Shown here: one piece after another, positions 18,123 to 28,281 of the stretch
How positions within the stretch are numbered: position 1 is the stretch's first letter
Layout of the letters: every line of letters starts with the position of its first letter
Source: Microcystaceae cyanobacterium
Lineage (GTDB): Bacteria; Cyanobacteriota; Cyanobacteriia; Cyanobacteriales; Microcystaceae
Assembly (NCBI GenBank): GCA_041746575.1
Contig: JBGTGT010000052.1
Span: 1 to 35,914 of the forward strand
Direction: 5' to 3'
Length of the DNA: 35,914 nucleotides
Position numbers and translations under genes: made by a program
Notes under the pieces: generated by a model
Database searches by the model: none
What the model saw: the letters and a program-made list of their open reading frames with translations, nothing else
What the model was told of the DNA's origin: nothing

Positions 18123-19199
18123 CTATGCCAAATAATCCATTACTGCTGCTGCAATCTCTTGATTGCCGTTTTTAGATAAAGCAGTATTTAAACGAGGAGG
18201 ATTTAAGGGTTGTCTTAGAAAATCCCAATTTCCCTTAAAAAAGACCTCTGGGGTAATAATTTGGTGATGACTATGGTCTTGTAATCCCTTCAATAATAAA
18301 GGCGTTTCTGGAAAATCATCCCGCGTCAACGAAATGAGGGGGATATCTAAACGCATTGCTTCCGCGAAGGTACTAAATCCTGGTTTTGAGATAATTCTTC
18401 CTACTAAAGGCATAAAATCAACGGGACGATAACAAGAACGAGAAATTTTGCGAAGATTGGGTAAATTAGGAGTATCTTGGTCAAATGTAATAAACTGCCA
18501 ATCGGGAAACTGTTCTAAATGATGATACGGAATTGCGTGTAAACCCAATCCTCCAAAGGTTAATAAGACGGTTTTTTGAACATCTGCCGTTAAATTAAAT
18601 TCTTCTTGGAGACCAGAAACACTGTAGCAAGGATTTCCTCCCGTTAACCCTGCATTGCTAATATTCGAAAAGGCAGACATTTTTTCCGACATCGGCAGAC
18701 GAAATAAGCGATCGCATTGGTGATAACCTTCTTGTATCCATTGCACAATCTCTTGAAAATCTTCTCCCCAAGCTTGATAAATAAAATCCCAGCCAAAATT
18801 ACCGATCATCCAACAAGGAATCTTTGCTTTTCGAGCAATAACGGCTACTAAAGCGGGAATATCCCCCAAAACCAAATTGACTTCATTGGTGCGGATAAAA
18901 TCCACCTCTGCATTCACAATTCCCTCTTGTTGAGCATAAATATGCCGCATTTTCGCGCTTGTTGTTGCCTTATCCATGGTAATGCTATCGGATTGAATGA
19001 CGCCCACATCAAACGCACGAGGACGATGAATAAAATCCCCTATAATGTAGGATTCTAATAACCAACGAGGAGCAGTGGTCACCAGAATCAGTAAAATATC
19101 TGGACAATGTTGCTGAATCACCGAGGCAACGGAAGCTAAACGGACAGCATGACCAAAACCATGGCCGGTAATGGCAAGATAAAGGGTAGGTCGAGACAT
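18123..19199 (-). CDS. GT-B-fold glycosyltransferase-like protein (resembles the N-terminal domain of plant L-arabinokinase)
   Basis: ITGHGFGHA, DVGVIQSDS, NFGWDFIY, LTFGG and ISKPGFSTFAEA. Start placed at MSRPTLY. Confidence 0.8.
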   Translation of the reverse strand: MSRPTLYLAITGHGFGHAVRLASVASVIQQHCPDILLILVTTAPRWLLESYIIGDFIHRPRAFDVGVIQSDSITMDKATTSAKMRHIYAQQEGIVNAEVDFIRTNEVNLVLGDIPALVAVIARKAKIPCWMIGNFGWDFIYQAWGEDFQEIVQWIQEGYHQCDRLFRLPMSEKMSAFSNISNAGLTGGNPCYSVSGLQEEFNLTADVQKTVLLTFGGLGLHAIPYHHLEQFPDWQFITFDQDTPNLPNLRKISRSCYRPVDFMPLVGRIISKPGFSTFAEAMRLDIPLISLTRDDFPETPLLLKGLQDHSHHQIITPEVFFKGNWDFLRQPLNPPRLNTALSKNGNQEIAAAVMDYLA

Positions 19200-19296
19200 T
19201 AGCATTATTAAGCAAACTTCCCATCCATTTAAGCACAGGGAACACACCTACGTTAAAATCTGATCTAAGTATTCATACCCCTATTAAAACGTCTTC

Positions 19297-21174
19297 ATGA
19301 CCCAGCTTAAAGAAAAAACAATGATATCTTCTTTTTGGCAAACCTTTGAAAAAAATCCAAAATTCACTTGGGGATTTTCGCTCATTTTACTGATTATTAT
19401 TAATTTTGTGGCTTTCATTTGGAATTTAGGCGCAACAGGGTTAATCGATGAAACTGAACCCTTGTTTGCAGAGGCGGCGCGTCAGATGACAGTCACAGGA
19501 GACTGGATTACCCCTTATTTTAATGGCGAAACCCGCTTTGATAAACCCCCCCTTGTTTATTGGCTAATGGCCATTTTTTATCAATTGATTGGGGTGAATG
19601 AATGGTCTGTCAGATTACCCTCTGCTTTAGCGGCCATTGCTCTCACCATTTTATCCTTTTTTGTCTTAAAAAACTTTGGCTTTGCGACCCCTTCAGCATC
19701 CCATCCCGACCAAATTTCTGCCCCTAAAGTTCAGCGTCAATTATGGATTTCTGCTTGGATTGGTTCGTCTTTGGTGGCGTTAAATTTGCAGACCCTTTTA
19801 TGGTCTCATCAAGGGGTTTCTGATATGCTTTTGAGTGGTTGTATGGGAACTGCGTTGTTATGCTTTTTCTGGGGATACACTCAAAGTCAAAATTTAACCT
19901 CAAATCAATCTCAATTTAACTTATTCACACCCATTACTAATCGTTGGTATTTGGCTTTTTATATCTTAACGTCATTAGCCGTTTTGACCAAAGGGCCGGT
20001 GGGAATTGTTATTCCCAGTTTAATCATTTTAGCCTTTTTATTTTATGCGGGAAACTGGCAAACGGTTTTATTTAAAGAAATGGGAATTGTTTGGGGAACA
20101 CTTCTCTTTTTGATTATGACAGTTCCTTGGTATATTCTGGTTATTCAACAGAATGGTCAAGCTTATATTAATTCTTTCTTTGGTTATCATAATTTTGAAC
20201 GGTTTACAGGGGTTGTTAATGGACATTCTGCGCCATGGTATTTCTATTTTCTCATTGTTTTAGGGATGTTTGCTCCTTGGTCAATGTATTTACCCCTTAG
20301 TTTCATTCGCTTACGCTTTTGGCGACGAAAGTTTTGGCAACAACAACCGAGAAACGGTCAATTTGGTTTATTTGCTTTCTTTTGGTTGAGTATTATTTTC
20401 GTTTTCTTTACCATTGCTGTGACTAAACTTCCTAGTTATACCTTACCTTTGATTCCGGCGGCGGCCTATTTAGTTACCTTAACATGGACTCAAGAATTCA
20501 GTCGTGAATTACCGAAAAGTCAAACCCAAAAATATAAAGGATTATCCATTAGTATTGGGTTTAATTTACTCTTTCTAATAGCCTTAAGTGTTGGCTCTTT
20601 TCTATTACCTGGCTTAATTGGAACTGATTCAGCGATGCGAACGCTATCTACGCTTTTGCAAGAATCTTCCCTTACTTTAGTCAGTGCTGGAATTTGGCTC
20701 ATCACTGCAATTCTAACCCTTGTTTTTTGGTTAAAACGGCGACAATGGCGATGGATTATTGTCACTAATATTATTGGTTTCTTGGCGTTTATTGCCTTTT
20801 TCGTGCAACCCATAAATTTAATTGTTGATCAAGTTCGGCAATTACCCTTAAGACAAATCGCAGACGTTATCACAGAAGTTCAAAAACCCAACGAAAAAAT
20901 CATGATGGTTGGTTTCAAAAAACCGACAATTACGTTTTATTCTCATCAGAATACGGGTTATTTTTGGTCAGTTTATCCCGATCAAAATGATCCTGCAAAA
21001 GCATTCCTTAACGCCATTCCAAATACCTCAGATTATCCCTCTACTCTCCTTTTAATTGGAGAACCTAGTCAAATTGAAGAATTAAAATTAACCCCTAACG
21101 ACTATCAAATTGTTGCCGAAAAACCTCCCTATCGCCTTGTTAGAGTGGAAAGAAAATTACTCGAAAGAATTTAA
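19297..21174 (+). CDS. ArnT/PMT-like (GT83/GT39) lipid-linked glycosyltransferase
   Basis: LIDETEPLFAEAARQM...GDWITPYFNG..RFDKPPL, RLPSA, LTKGP and TKLPSY. Confidence 0.92.
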   Translation: MTQLKEKTMISSFWQTFEKNPKFTWGFSLILLIIINFVAFIWNLGATGLIDETEPLFAEAARQMTVTGDWITPYFNGETRFDKPPLVYWLMAIFYQLIGVNEWSVRLPSALAAIALTILSFFVLKNFGFATPSASHPDQISAPKVQRQLWISAWIGSSLVALNLQTLLWSHQGVSDMLLSGCMGTALLCFFWGYTQSQNLTSNQSQFNLFTPITNRWYLAFYILTSLAVLTKGPVGIVIPSLIILAFLFYAGNWQTVLFKEMGIVWGTLLFLIMTVPWYILVIQQNGQAYINSFFGYHNFERFTGVVNGHSAPWYFYFLIVLGMFAPWSMYLPLSFIRLRFWRRKFWQQQPRNGQFGLFAFFWLSIIFVFFTIAVTKLPSYTLPLIPAAAYLVTLTWTQEFSRELPKSQTQKYKGLSISIGFNLLFLIALSVGSFLLPGLIGTDSAMRTLSTLLQESSLTLVSAGIWLITAILTLVFWLKRRQWRWIIVTNIIGFLAFIAFFVQPINLIVDQVRQLPLRQIADVITEVQKPNEKIMMVGFKKPTITFYSHQNTGYFWSVYPDQNDPAKAFLNAIPNTSDYPSTLLLIGEPSQIEELKLTPNDYQIVAEKPPYRLVRVERKLLERI

Positions 21175-21199
21175 GATAATTACGCTTTGTTTATGGGGC

Positions 21200-22549
21200 T
21201 TATCCTTCCTTATTTCCTGTTCCTAAAGGGTAACGTTGAATCTTAATTTGGGAAAGACGCGGCCCCTCTGCTTCTATTACGGAAAAAGTACAATTGTTGG
21301 CAGTTAAACTTTCGTTCAGTTGGGGAATTTTTTGCCACTGATATAATAAAAATCCGCTTAAGGTTTGATATTCATCGGTAAGGGGAATATCGAGATCCAA
21401 TAACTCATTTAATACTTCTACATCAATCTGCGCTTCCACTAAAAAGGTTTGATCGTCAATAATTTGTAGAGGAAAAGACTCCGTTTTCTTATTATTTACC
21501 TGTTCCCCTAAAATTTCATCTATAATATCCTGTAAGGTAATCAAACCCGACGTTCCGCCAAATTCGTCCACCACCATTGCCATTTTAAGATGCGATCGCT
21601 GCATAACCGATAATAACTCATTCAAGGGCATGGATTCGGTCACAAATTTAACGGGTTTAACCCAACGACGAATTGGACTCTCTGGCGTTAATTCCCCCGC
21701 TAACATGGGGATAGATAGGTCTTTAAAGTCAATCATACCCCGAATATCGTCTAAAGACTCTCCTTTGATAGGATAACGGGAATGTCCCATTGTGGTTACT
21801 TCTTGCAATAACTCTGCAAAGGTAGCTGTTTCGGGGATGGCAACCAATTGCGTGCGGGGAATCATCGCTTCTTCGGTGATCACTTCACTAAATTCAAAAA
21901 TATTGCTTAATAATTCTCGTTCTTCTGCTTCTAATCCTGTGGATTCTCGTTCTGTCGCAATGATTAACTGTAGCTCTTCAGGCGTCACCTGATTTGACCA
22001 ACCCTTTAAGGGATCTTTTAAGCCTATCGTGCGCAATAATAAACGGGTAGATTGATTTAAAATCCAGATAAATGGGTTAAAAATACGAGAAATTACGCCA
22101 ATGGGAGGGCCGAGAAAGCGGGCAACCTGTTCAGAATAGACAAGCGCAACGGATTTCGGGCAAAGTTCCCCTAAAACAATTTGCAAATAAGCAATGAAAA
22201 AGAAAGCGATGGGCAGAGCTAAGGTGTGAGAAAGAGATGCTGGTAGCGGAAATGGGAAAGGAAACCCGATTAATAGCTGTTTAATCAAAACTGCCGTTGT
22301 ATTTTCCCCAATCCAACCGAGGGCTAAACTGGCAAGGGTAATCCCTAATTGAGTGGTAGAAAGCAGACGATCAATACTGCGTTGTAACGATTGTACCGTT
22401 TGCGCCTGTATATCCCCAGCCTCCACCAGTTGACTAATGCGCGATCGCCTGACGGAAACCAAAGAAAATTCGGCGGTGACAAAAAAAGCATTCAAGGCGA
22501 TTAAGAGAATAACCGCCCATAACCGCAACATGATATCTTGGCCGGTCAT
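21200..22549 (-). CDS. CNNM/hemolysin-family protein (DUF21-CBS-CBS-CorC_HlyC)
   Basis: NAFFVTAEFSLV, TQLGITLASL, GELCPK, MIPR, HSRYP, VVDEFGGTSG and YQTLSG. Confidence 0.93.
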   Translation of the reverse strand: MTGQDIMLRLWAVILLIALNAFFVTAEFSLVSVRRSRISQLVEAGDIQAQTVQSLQRSIDRLLSTTQLGITLASLALGWIGENTTAVLIKQLLIGFPFPFPLPASLSHTLALPIAFFFIAYLQIVLGELCPKSVALVYSEQVARFLGPPIGVISRIFNPFIWILNQSTRLLLRTIGLKDPLKGWSNQVTPEELQLIIATERESTGLEAEERELLSNIFEFSEVITEEAMIPRTQLVAIPETATFAELLQEVTTMGHSRYPIKGESLDDIRGMIDFKDLSIPMLAGELTPESPIRRWVKPVKFVTESMPLNELLSVMQRSHLKMAMVVDEFGGTSGLITLQDIIDEILGEQVNNKKTESFPLQIIDDQTFLVEAQIDVEVLNELLDLDIPLTDEYQTLSGFLLYQWQKIPQLNESLTANNCTFSVIEAEGPRLSQIKIQRYPLGTGNKEG

Positions 22550-22557
22550 AAATTAGG

Positions 22558-23229
22558 TTAGGGGGTTAAAGGAATATCTTTGATCGTTAATTGTCGTTTT
22601 TGTTGAGGATAATCAGTCAGTTTCAAGGTAATCGTCTTTTTTTCTGCAACCAAGTTCATGGGGATTCGGATTACCCCTTCAAAAGCTCTACGGTTAGCAG
22701 GGAGCATTTCAGGCAAACCCTCAACGATCACCCCTATGTCTTGCCCTTCATCATCTTTCACTTCTAAAAAACTATACAAAAATCTGACGGCTTCTGTCCC
22801 ATCGTTGGTCAAATTAACCAATAATACCTGTTCATCGTCCGCTTGCTTAATCTCTAGTAATTTGAGGGTAACGTCTTGATCTGTCGTTGCTAAGGGAAGC
22901 GTCTGTTTAACAGGAGTTTTTTCGTCTTTTTTCTCGCTATTTTCAGCTTTTTGAGCGACTTTATCCTTTTTTTCTGTTTTATTATAGTGATAAATCTGAT
23001 TGTAAACTTGGGTTAAAATGGTTTGTTCTTTTATCGGTTTGAATGTTTGCGGTTTTTTATAAGTTTTCTGCTTATTGGTCAGTTTACGAGTAGGGTTATC
23101 TTCAGGCTGGCTTACCCCTTTTAAGGCGGCTTCTCCCATGCGATAGCTAATATAACCACTGGCAGCCCCAGCCCCTAATATAAAAAAGAGTAAGATGCTA
23201 GAGACGGTCAATAGAGACTTGAGTTTCAT
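22558..23229 (-). CDS. Hypothetical membrane-anchored protein
   Basis: N-terminal TM helix, charged linker and beta-rich C-domain (VRFLYSFLEV). Lies 8 bp upstream of the CNNM gene, so probably co-transcribed. Start placed at MKLKSLL. Confidence 0.75.
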   Translation of the reverse strand: MKLKSLLTVSSILLFFILGAGAASGYISYRMGEAALKGVSQPEDNPTRKLTNKQKTYKKPQTFKPIKEQTILTQVYNQIYHYNKTEKKDKVAQKAENSEKKDEKTPVKQTLPLATTDQDVTLKLLEIKQADDEQVLLVNLTNDGTEAVRFLYSFLEVKDDEGQDIGVIVEGLPEMLPANRRAFEGVIRIPMNLVAEKKTITLKLTDYPQQKRQLTIKDIPLTP

Positions 23230-23352
23230 TGGGTTAAATTTAAACACAATTTTGCGATTATTATACCCTAGTTTTTGTATCTCAATAACCCGTAACCCGT
23301 CAGCCGTAAAAAACCTGCGTTATAAACAATAAATTTAGTAAAAAAATAATCT

Positions 23353-23381
23353 TTGCATTTGAACATGATAATGATTATCAT
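23353..23381 (+). promoter_or_regulatory. Perfect Zur box overlapping a sigma70 promoter
   Basis: TGATAAT-G-ATTATCA (23366-23380) matches the cyanobacterial Zur 7-1-7 consensus and lies within TTGCAT(23353)-N17-TATCAT(23376). Confidence 0.85.
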
Positions 23382-23406
23382 TTATAGATAAACTCGAGAG
23401 ATTCCT

Positions 23407-24372
23407 ATGCTAGAAACCTTCAATCTTTTACCAGTCACTGTTCTCACGGGCTATCTAGGGGCGGGAAAAACCACCCTTCTCAACCGCATTCTTACTTATG
23501 AACATGACAAAAAAGTCGCTGTCATTGTCAATGAATTTGGCGAAGTGGGTATTGATAACCAATTAGTCATTGAGGCAGATGAAGAAATTTTCGAGATGAA
23601 TAATGGCTGTATTTGCTGTACCGTGCGAGGAGATTTAATGCGAATTATCGGAAATTTAATGAAACGACGTCATAAGTTTGATCATTTAGTCATTGAAACA
23701 ACTGGACTTGCGGATCCTGCTCCTGTCATCCAAACTTTCTTTTTTGATGAGGATATGCGCGATCAATTGCTATTAGATGCTGTCGTCACTGTAATTGATG
23801 CGAAACATATTCAGCAGCATTGGGAGGCAGATGAAGCCCAAGAACAAATTGCCTTTGCTGATATTATTCTCTTGAATAAAACCGATTTAGTGACCCCTGA
23901 AGACGTAGAAGCTTTAGAAAAGCGTATTCAGGGGATAAATGCAATGGCGAAAATTTATTGTACCCAAAACGCAGAGATAGAAATGGAACAGATTTTAGGG
24001 GTAAAAGCCTTTGATCTCAACCATGCCCTAGAAATTGACCCCGATTTCCTCACCGAAAATGCTCACGAACATGACGACACAGTGTATTCTATCGCTTTAG
24101 TGGAATCAGGCGCGTTAGACATAGAAAAATTAAACAATTGGCTGGAAAATTTACTGAGAACCCAAGGAAAAGACATTTTTCGCATGAAAGGCATCCTCAA
24201 TATAGCGGGGGCTAATGAACGCTTCGTTTTTCAAGGAGTGCATATGTTGTTAGATGGCAAACGTGACCGTTTGTGGAAGCCAGAGGAAAACCGTAAGAAT
24301 GAATTGGTCTTTATTGGTCGTAATTTAAATGAAACCCAACTAAAAAAGGATTTTCGGGCGTGTTTAGTTTAA
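23407..24372 (+). CDS. COG0523/CobW-family G3E GTPase (zinc metallochaperone)
   Basis: [29 protein letters not shown] and a CobW_C domain (FRMKG, FQGVH, LVFIGR). Confidence 0.95.
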   Translation: MLETFNLLPVTVLTGYLGAGKTTLLNRILTYEHDKKVAVIVNEFGEVGIDNQLVIEADEEIFEMNNGCICCTVRGDLMRIIGNLMKRRHKFDHLVIETTGLADPAPVIQTFFFDEDMRDQLLLDAVVTVIDAKHIQQHWEADEAQEQIAFADIILLNKTDLVTPEDVEALEKRIQGINAMAKIYCTQNAEIEMEQILGVKAFDLNHALEIDPDFLTENAHEHDDTVYSIALVESGALDIEKLNNWLENLLRTQGKDIFRMKGILNIAGANERFVFQGVHMLLDGKRDRLWKPEENRKNELVFIGRNLNETQLKKDFRACLV

Positions 24373-25430
24373 AAAATACTGTCTCATACGAACCCTATTG
24401 GTCAGAACAACTATCTGAATACATCACAGCTTTAAAATGGTCAAAAGAGGGCAGTTTAGCTGCTAGTTCAGCTATTGGAGAAGTTATCCTCTCTCAACAT
24501 AATTCAGAGCAGTTCGAGCTTATTCTTTCTCCTTCTGATACCCAAGGGCAATCGATTGATTGTTTAGCATTTTCCACCGATGGACGGTTTTTAGCGATCG
24601 GGGGACAGGATGGCAAGGTGAGAATTTGCCAAATTCAGCCAAAATTCAGCCCGATTAAGGTTTCAGAAAGAGAAAAGCATTGGATTGAGCATTTAGCATG
24701 GCATCCCACCCAACATCAATTAGCCGTGAGTCTGGGGCGTTATGTGCAAGTTTGGGATGGGGTTTTAGGGAAAATTATTATTACCCTCCCCTTTGAATTT
24801 TCTTCCGTGTTAGATTTAGCTTGGCATCCGTTAGGAGACTATTTAGCCGTTACGGGAAATGGAGGAATTAAGGTTTGGAATCTTAAAAATGAGCCAAATG
24901 ATCCCATTCTCTTACAAATTCCTGCTGCTGCGACCCAAATCGCTTGGTCACCTGACGGAGAATATCTGGCGACCGCTTGTCTTGATCATACCCTCTTGGT
25001 GTGGCGGTGGGGCAACCCTGATCCTTGGAGAATAAGCGGATTTGGCAGTAAAGTGCGTAATTTAGCTTGGTCAACCCTGAAATCAGGCATTGCACCTTTA
25101 TTAGCGGTTTCAAGTTATGAGGATATTTTTGTCTGGAAAAAAGAGCCAACAGACGATAACGGCTGGATTTCACGGAGCTTAAGCTTACATAACGGGATTA
25201 TCGTGGATTTAAGCTTTCATCCTGACTCCCTTCTTCTCGCTTCCGTAGGGGAGGAAGGAATATTATTATTGTGGAGCAAAGCGAAAAAATTAGCCCAACG
25301 CTTAACTTCCGTCTCAGAGGGTTTTTCCTGCTTAGATTGGCATCCTTCTGGCGACAAATTGGCAGCAGGGGGACAAGATGGGAAAGTAATGATTTGGTTG
25401 AAATCTAACCGGGGTAAGGGGTTTGGTTAA
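24360..25430 (+). CDS. WD40-repeat beta-propeller protein
   Basis: Repeated LAW/FHP.G..LA..G.DG.V..W units. The GTG start overlaps the GTPase stop by 13 bp. Confidence 0.9.
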   Translation: MFSLKNTVSYEPYWSEQLSEYITALKWSKEGSLAASSAIGEVILSQHNSEQFELILSPSDTQGQSIDCLAFSTDGRFLAIGGQDGKVRICQIQPKFSPIKVSEREKHWIEHLAWHPTQHQLAVSLGRYVQVWDGVLGKIIITLPFEFSSVLDLAWHPLGDYLAVTGNGGIKVWNLKNEPNDPILLQIPAAATQIAWSPDGEYLATACLDHTLLVWRWGNPDPWRISGFGSKVRNLAWSTLKSGIAPLLAVSSYEDIFVWKKEPTDDNGWISRSLSLHNGIIVDLSFHPDSLLLASVGEEGILLLWSKAKKLAQRLTSVSEGFSCLDWHPSGDKLAAGGQDGKVMIWLKSNRGKGFG

Positions 25431-25448
25431 CTAATGAGAGCGTATAAG

Positions 25449-25472
25449 TGTCTAAACAGAATTATTTAGACA
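25449..25472. terminator. Hairpin between convergent genes
   Basis: TGTCTAAA-N8-TTTAGACA. Confidence 0.45.
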
Positions 25473-25508
25473 GTCTGATAACAATTTATTTTAATAGAGT
25501 TTATGGAT

Positions 25509-26390
25509 TTATTTACGGAGTTTACTCAATACTTTCAAAAATATTTTACCTCTATGAATGACGTGAGGACGAGTTAAAATGCCCTGAGAAGGACTCAATA
25601 ATAAAGCCAATAAAAAAAAACCTGTCACCACTAAAACAATAGCTGCCCCTGATGGCACATTTAAGTAATAGCTTAAGTAAATCCCAATAACACCGCTAAT
25701 ACTGCCAATAATTGCCCCTAGTCCCATCATTTGATGCAACTCTTTGACCAATAAATAAGCAGTGATACTCGGACCTACTAATAAAGAAACCATTAAAACC
25801 ACGCCAACCGCTTGCATACTTGCAATAATGGTTAAAGTAATCGCAGAAATTAAGCCTAAACGAATCCAATTGACTGGTAAGCCAATGGCTTGCGCTCCTA
25901 GTGGATTAAATGTGTAAAAGAGTAATTCTTTATAGAATAATCTAATAAAAAATAAGACAACAATAGTGATCGTTAAAGTACGTATACCATCTGCTTGAGT
26001 AATTCCTAAAATATCACCAAAAAGAAAGCTGTGAAGATCGATTCGACTGTTTAATAGGGTAATTAAGAGGATTCCCAAAGCCAAAAATCCTGAAAAAACT
26101 AACGCCATTGCTGTATCAATTTTAACCTTTGACTGGGATTGAATCCACGAAATTACTAAAGCACTCAATGTTCCTGAAATAAACGCACCTAAAAAAATAT
26201 CAATTCCTAAATAAAAAGCGATCGCTAATCCGGGTAACACTCCATGGGCAATCACATCCCCCAATAACCCCATCCGCTGCACAATCAAATAACTCCCCGT
26301 CACAGCACACAAACTTCCCAATAAAAAAATATTAATTAGGGCATTTCGCATAAATTCAAAGGTTAAGGGTTCAAATAGTAAATCAATCAT
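25509..26390 (-). CDS. znuB: Zn/Mn ABC transporter permease
   Basis: GDVIAHGVLPG, LFGDIL and QAVGVVL (ABC-3 family). ATG 26390 overlaps the ATPase stop (ATGATTGA). Confidence 0.88.
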   Translation of the reverse strand: MIDLLFEPLTFEFMRNALINIFLLGSLCAVTGSYLIVQRMGLLGDVIAHGVLPGLAIAFYLGIDIFLGAFISGTLSALVISWIQSQSKVKIDTAMALVFSGFLALGILLITLLNSRIDLHSFLFGDILGITQADGIRTLTITIVVLFFIRLFYKELLFYTFNPLGAQAIGLPVNWIRLGLISAITLTIIASMQAVGVVLMVSLLVGPSITAYLLVKELHQMMGLGAIIGSISGVIGIYLSYYLNVPSGAAIVLVVTGFFLLALLLSPSQGILTRPHVIHRGKIFLKVLSKLRK

Positions 26391-27126
26391 AATTATTGTT
26401 AGCAGAATAACGATTAAGTAAAATGATATTATCTCCATAGGCAAGTTGCAGATTTTCAGGGGTAATTACCTCAGACCGAGAACCATTAGCAATGAGTTTT
26501 TTATTAATGAGCAAAAACCGATCATATTCTCTTGAAGCTTCTCGTAATTCATGACCCACCACTAATAAAATTTTGCCCTTCGTTTTTAATTCTTCAAATA
26601 CGTCAAATAGCATCGCTTCTGTTTTCTTATCTACCCCAATAAACGGTTCATCAAATAAAAATAATTCTGCTTCCTGTGCTAATGCTTGCGCTAAAAAAAC
26701 TCTCTGTTGCTGTCCTCCTGACAACTCTCCGATGGGACGATGTCTTAACTCCCACATTCCTACTCGTTCTAAGGATGTTTGAACAATGGCTTTAGATTGA
26801 CGAGAAAGAGAGCAAAATAATTCTTTATAGCGAATGCGTGCCATAATTACCACATTTTTTACCGTAATTGGATAATCCCAGTCAATTTGCGCTCTTTGGG
26901 GAATATAAGCCACTTGCCCCAACTGTCGAGATAAAGCACGAGAATGAAAAGTAATGCCTCCTTGTGCTATGGGAATTAAACCTAAGATTGCTTTGATTAA
27001 TGAGCTTTTTCCTGCTCCATTTGGTCCAATAACCCCGATAATCTGCCCAGATTCTAGGCAAAAGCTGACATCTTCAACGGCGATAACCCCTCGATAGTTG
27101 ACAGCGAGATGCTGAACTTCTAACAT
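26383..27126 (-). CDS. znuC: Zn/Mn ABC transporter ATPase
   Basis: GPNGAGKS, YIPQR, LSGGQQQR and LFDEP. Start placed at MLEVQHL because the longer ORF start falls at the Zur box. Confidence 0.88.
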   Translation of the reverse strand: MLEVQHLAVNYRGVIAVEDVSFCLESGQIIGVIGPNGAGKSSLIKAILGLIPIAQGGITFHSRALSRQLGQVAYIPQRAQIDWDYPITVKNVVIMARIRYKELFCSLSRQSKAIVQTSLERVGMWELRHRPIGELSGGQQQRVFLAQALAQEAELFLFDEPFIGVDKKTEAMLFDVFEELKTKGKILLVVGHELREASREYDRFLLINKKLIANGSRSEVITPENLQLAYGDNIILLNRYSANNNYD

Positions 27127-27143
27127 GGCTTTTTGTATTAAAA

Positions 27144-27158
27144 TGATTATCATTATCA
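27144..27158. promoter_or_regulatory. Zur box in the divergent znuC/znuA promoter
   Basis: TGATTAT-C-ATTATCA, 1 mismatch to TGATAATnATTATCA, in a 60-bp intergenic region. Confidence 0.8.
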
Positions 27159-27186
27159 TATAAGATCATATAGGATTGAGGCAACG

Positions 27187-28163
27187 ATGTTAAAATTAAA
27201 TCAGTTCGTCGGATACGCTTTATTGATCGGGCTAGTCAGCTGCACTTCTTCCCCCAAATCCACAGTAGATAACCGCAATAAACCTCTTGTGGTGGCGACA
27301 ACCAGCGTTTTATGTGATTTAACAAAGCAAATTGCTCAAGAGTCCATTGATTTGCAATGTCTAGTCGATGCAGGGGTTGATCCTCATGTTTATCAACCTA
27401 CACCTGAAGATCGAAAAGCGATTGATGAGGCGCAACTAATTCTTTATGGGGGTTATAATTTTGATGCCAATTTAGTCAAATTAATCGAAGCGACGGGAAA
27501 TTCTGTCCTAAAAGTGGCTGTTCACGAAATAGCTGTGCCTGATCCTCTAAAAGGGGGTTCAGACGAGATCATAGTCATGAAGAGGAAGCAACCACCTCTG
27601 AAACGGCACCTGATCCCCATGTGTGGCATAATCCGAATCATGGTATCGCTATGGTCAATGTGATTTCCCAAGAACTGACTCAATTACAACCAGAAAAGGC
27701 GCAACAATACCAAGAACGGGCTAATTCAATTAATACCGAATTAACCCAAATTGATCAGTGGATTACAACGCAAATTGTCACGATTCCCCCAGAAAAGCGC
27801 AAATTAGTCACCACCCATGATGCTCTCGGTTACTATGTCAACGCCTACGATCTTGAGTTTGAAGGAGCTTTAGGGGGATTTAGCACAGAAGAGTCACCTA
27901 CTGCTGCACGGGTCAGTGAATTAGTCAAAGAAATCAGAAAAACCGAAGTTCCCACCATTTTTGCGGAAACATCCGTAAATCCCAAGCTTATCGAGATAGT
28001 CGCCAAAGAAGCCCAAGTCACTGTTTCCGAGCGGGAATTATATGCAGATGGGTTAGGAAAAAAGGGAACAGACGGAGATTCTTACCAAAAAATGTTAATT
28101 GCCAACACCCAGACGATTGTTACAGAATTAGGGGGACATTACACCTTTTTTTCGGCAAAATAG
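27187..28163 (+). pseudogene. znuA: Zn/Mn ABC substrate-binding lipoprotein, split by a 1-nt frameshift near 27566
   Basis: Lipobox LVSC and DPHVY are in the first frame; DHSHEEE...DPHVW, THDALGY and YADGLG are in the -1 frame. Adding one base at GAC GA^GAT CAT restores GSDEDHSHEEE. This may be a sequencing error. Confidence 0.8.
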
Positions 28164-28281
28164 GGATAATGAGAATAGTTATTATGCTAAAAAGAAACAT
28201 TCTCAGTTATAACCCGAATAATTATCACATCACATTTCAAATCGTTCAATCGTTCAGTATCAATGCAGGAGATGTTCAATC

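Noticed and set aside
27549..27557. Programmed -1 ribosomal frameshift in znuA at AAAAGGGGG
   Set aside because: In-frame codons CTA AAA GGG GGT do not form a canonical X XXY YYZ heptamer; a simple 1-nt loss near 27566 gives a more natural sequence.
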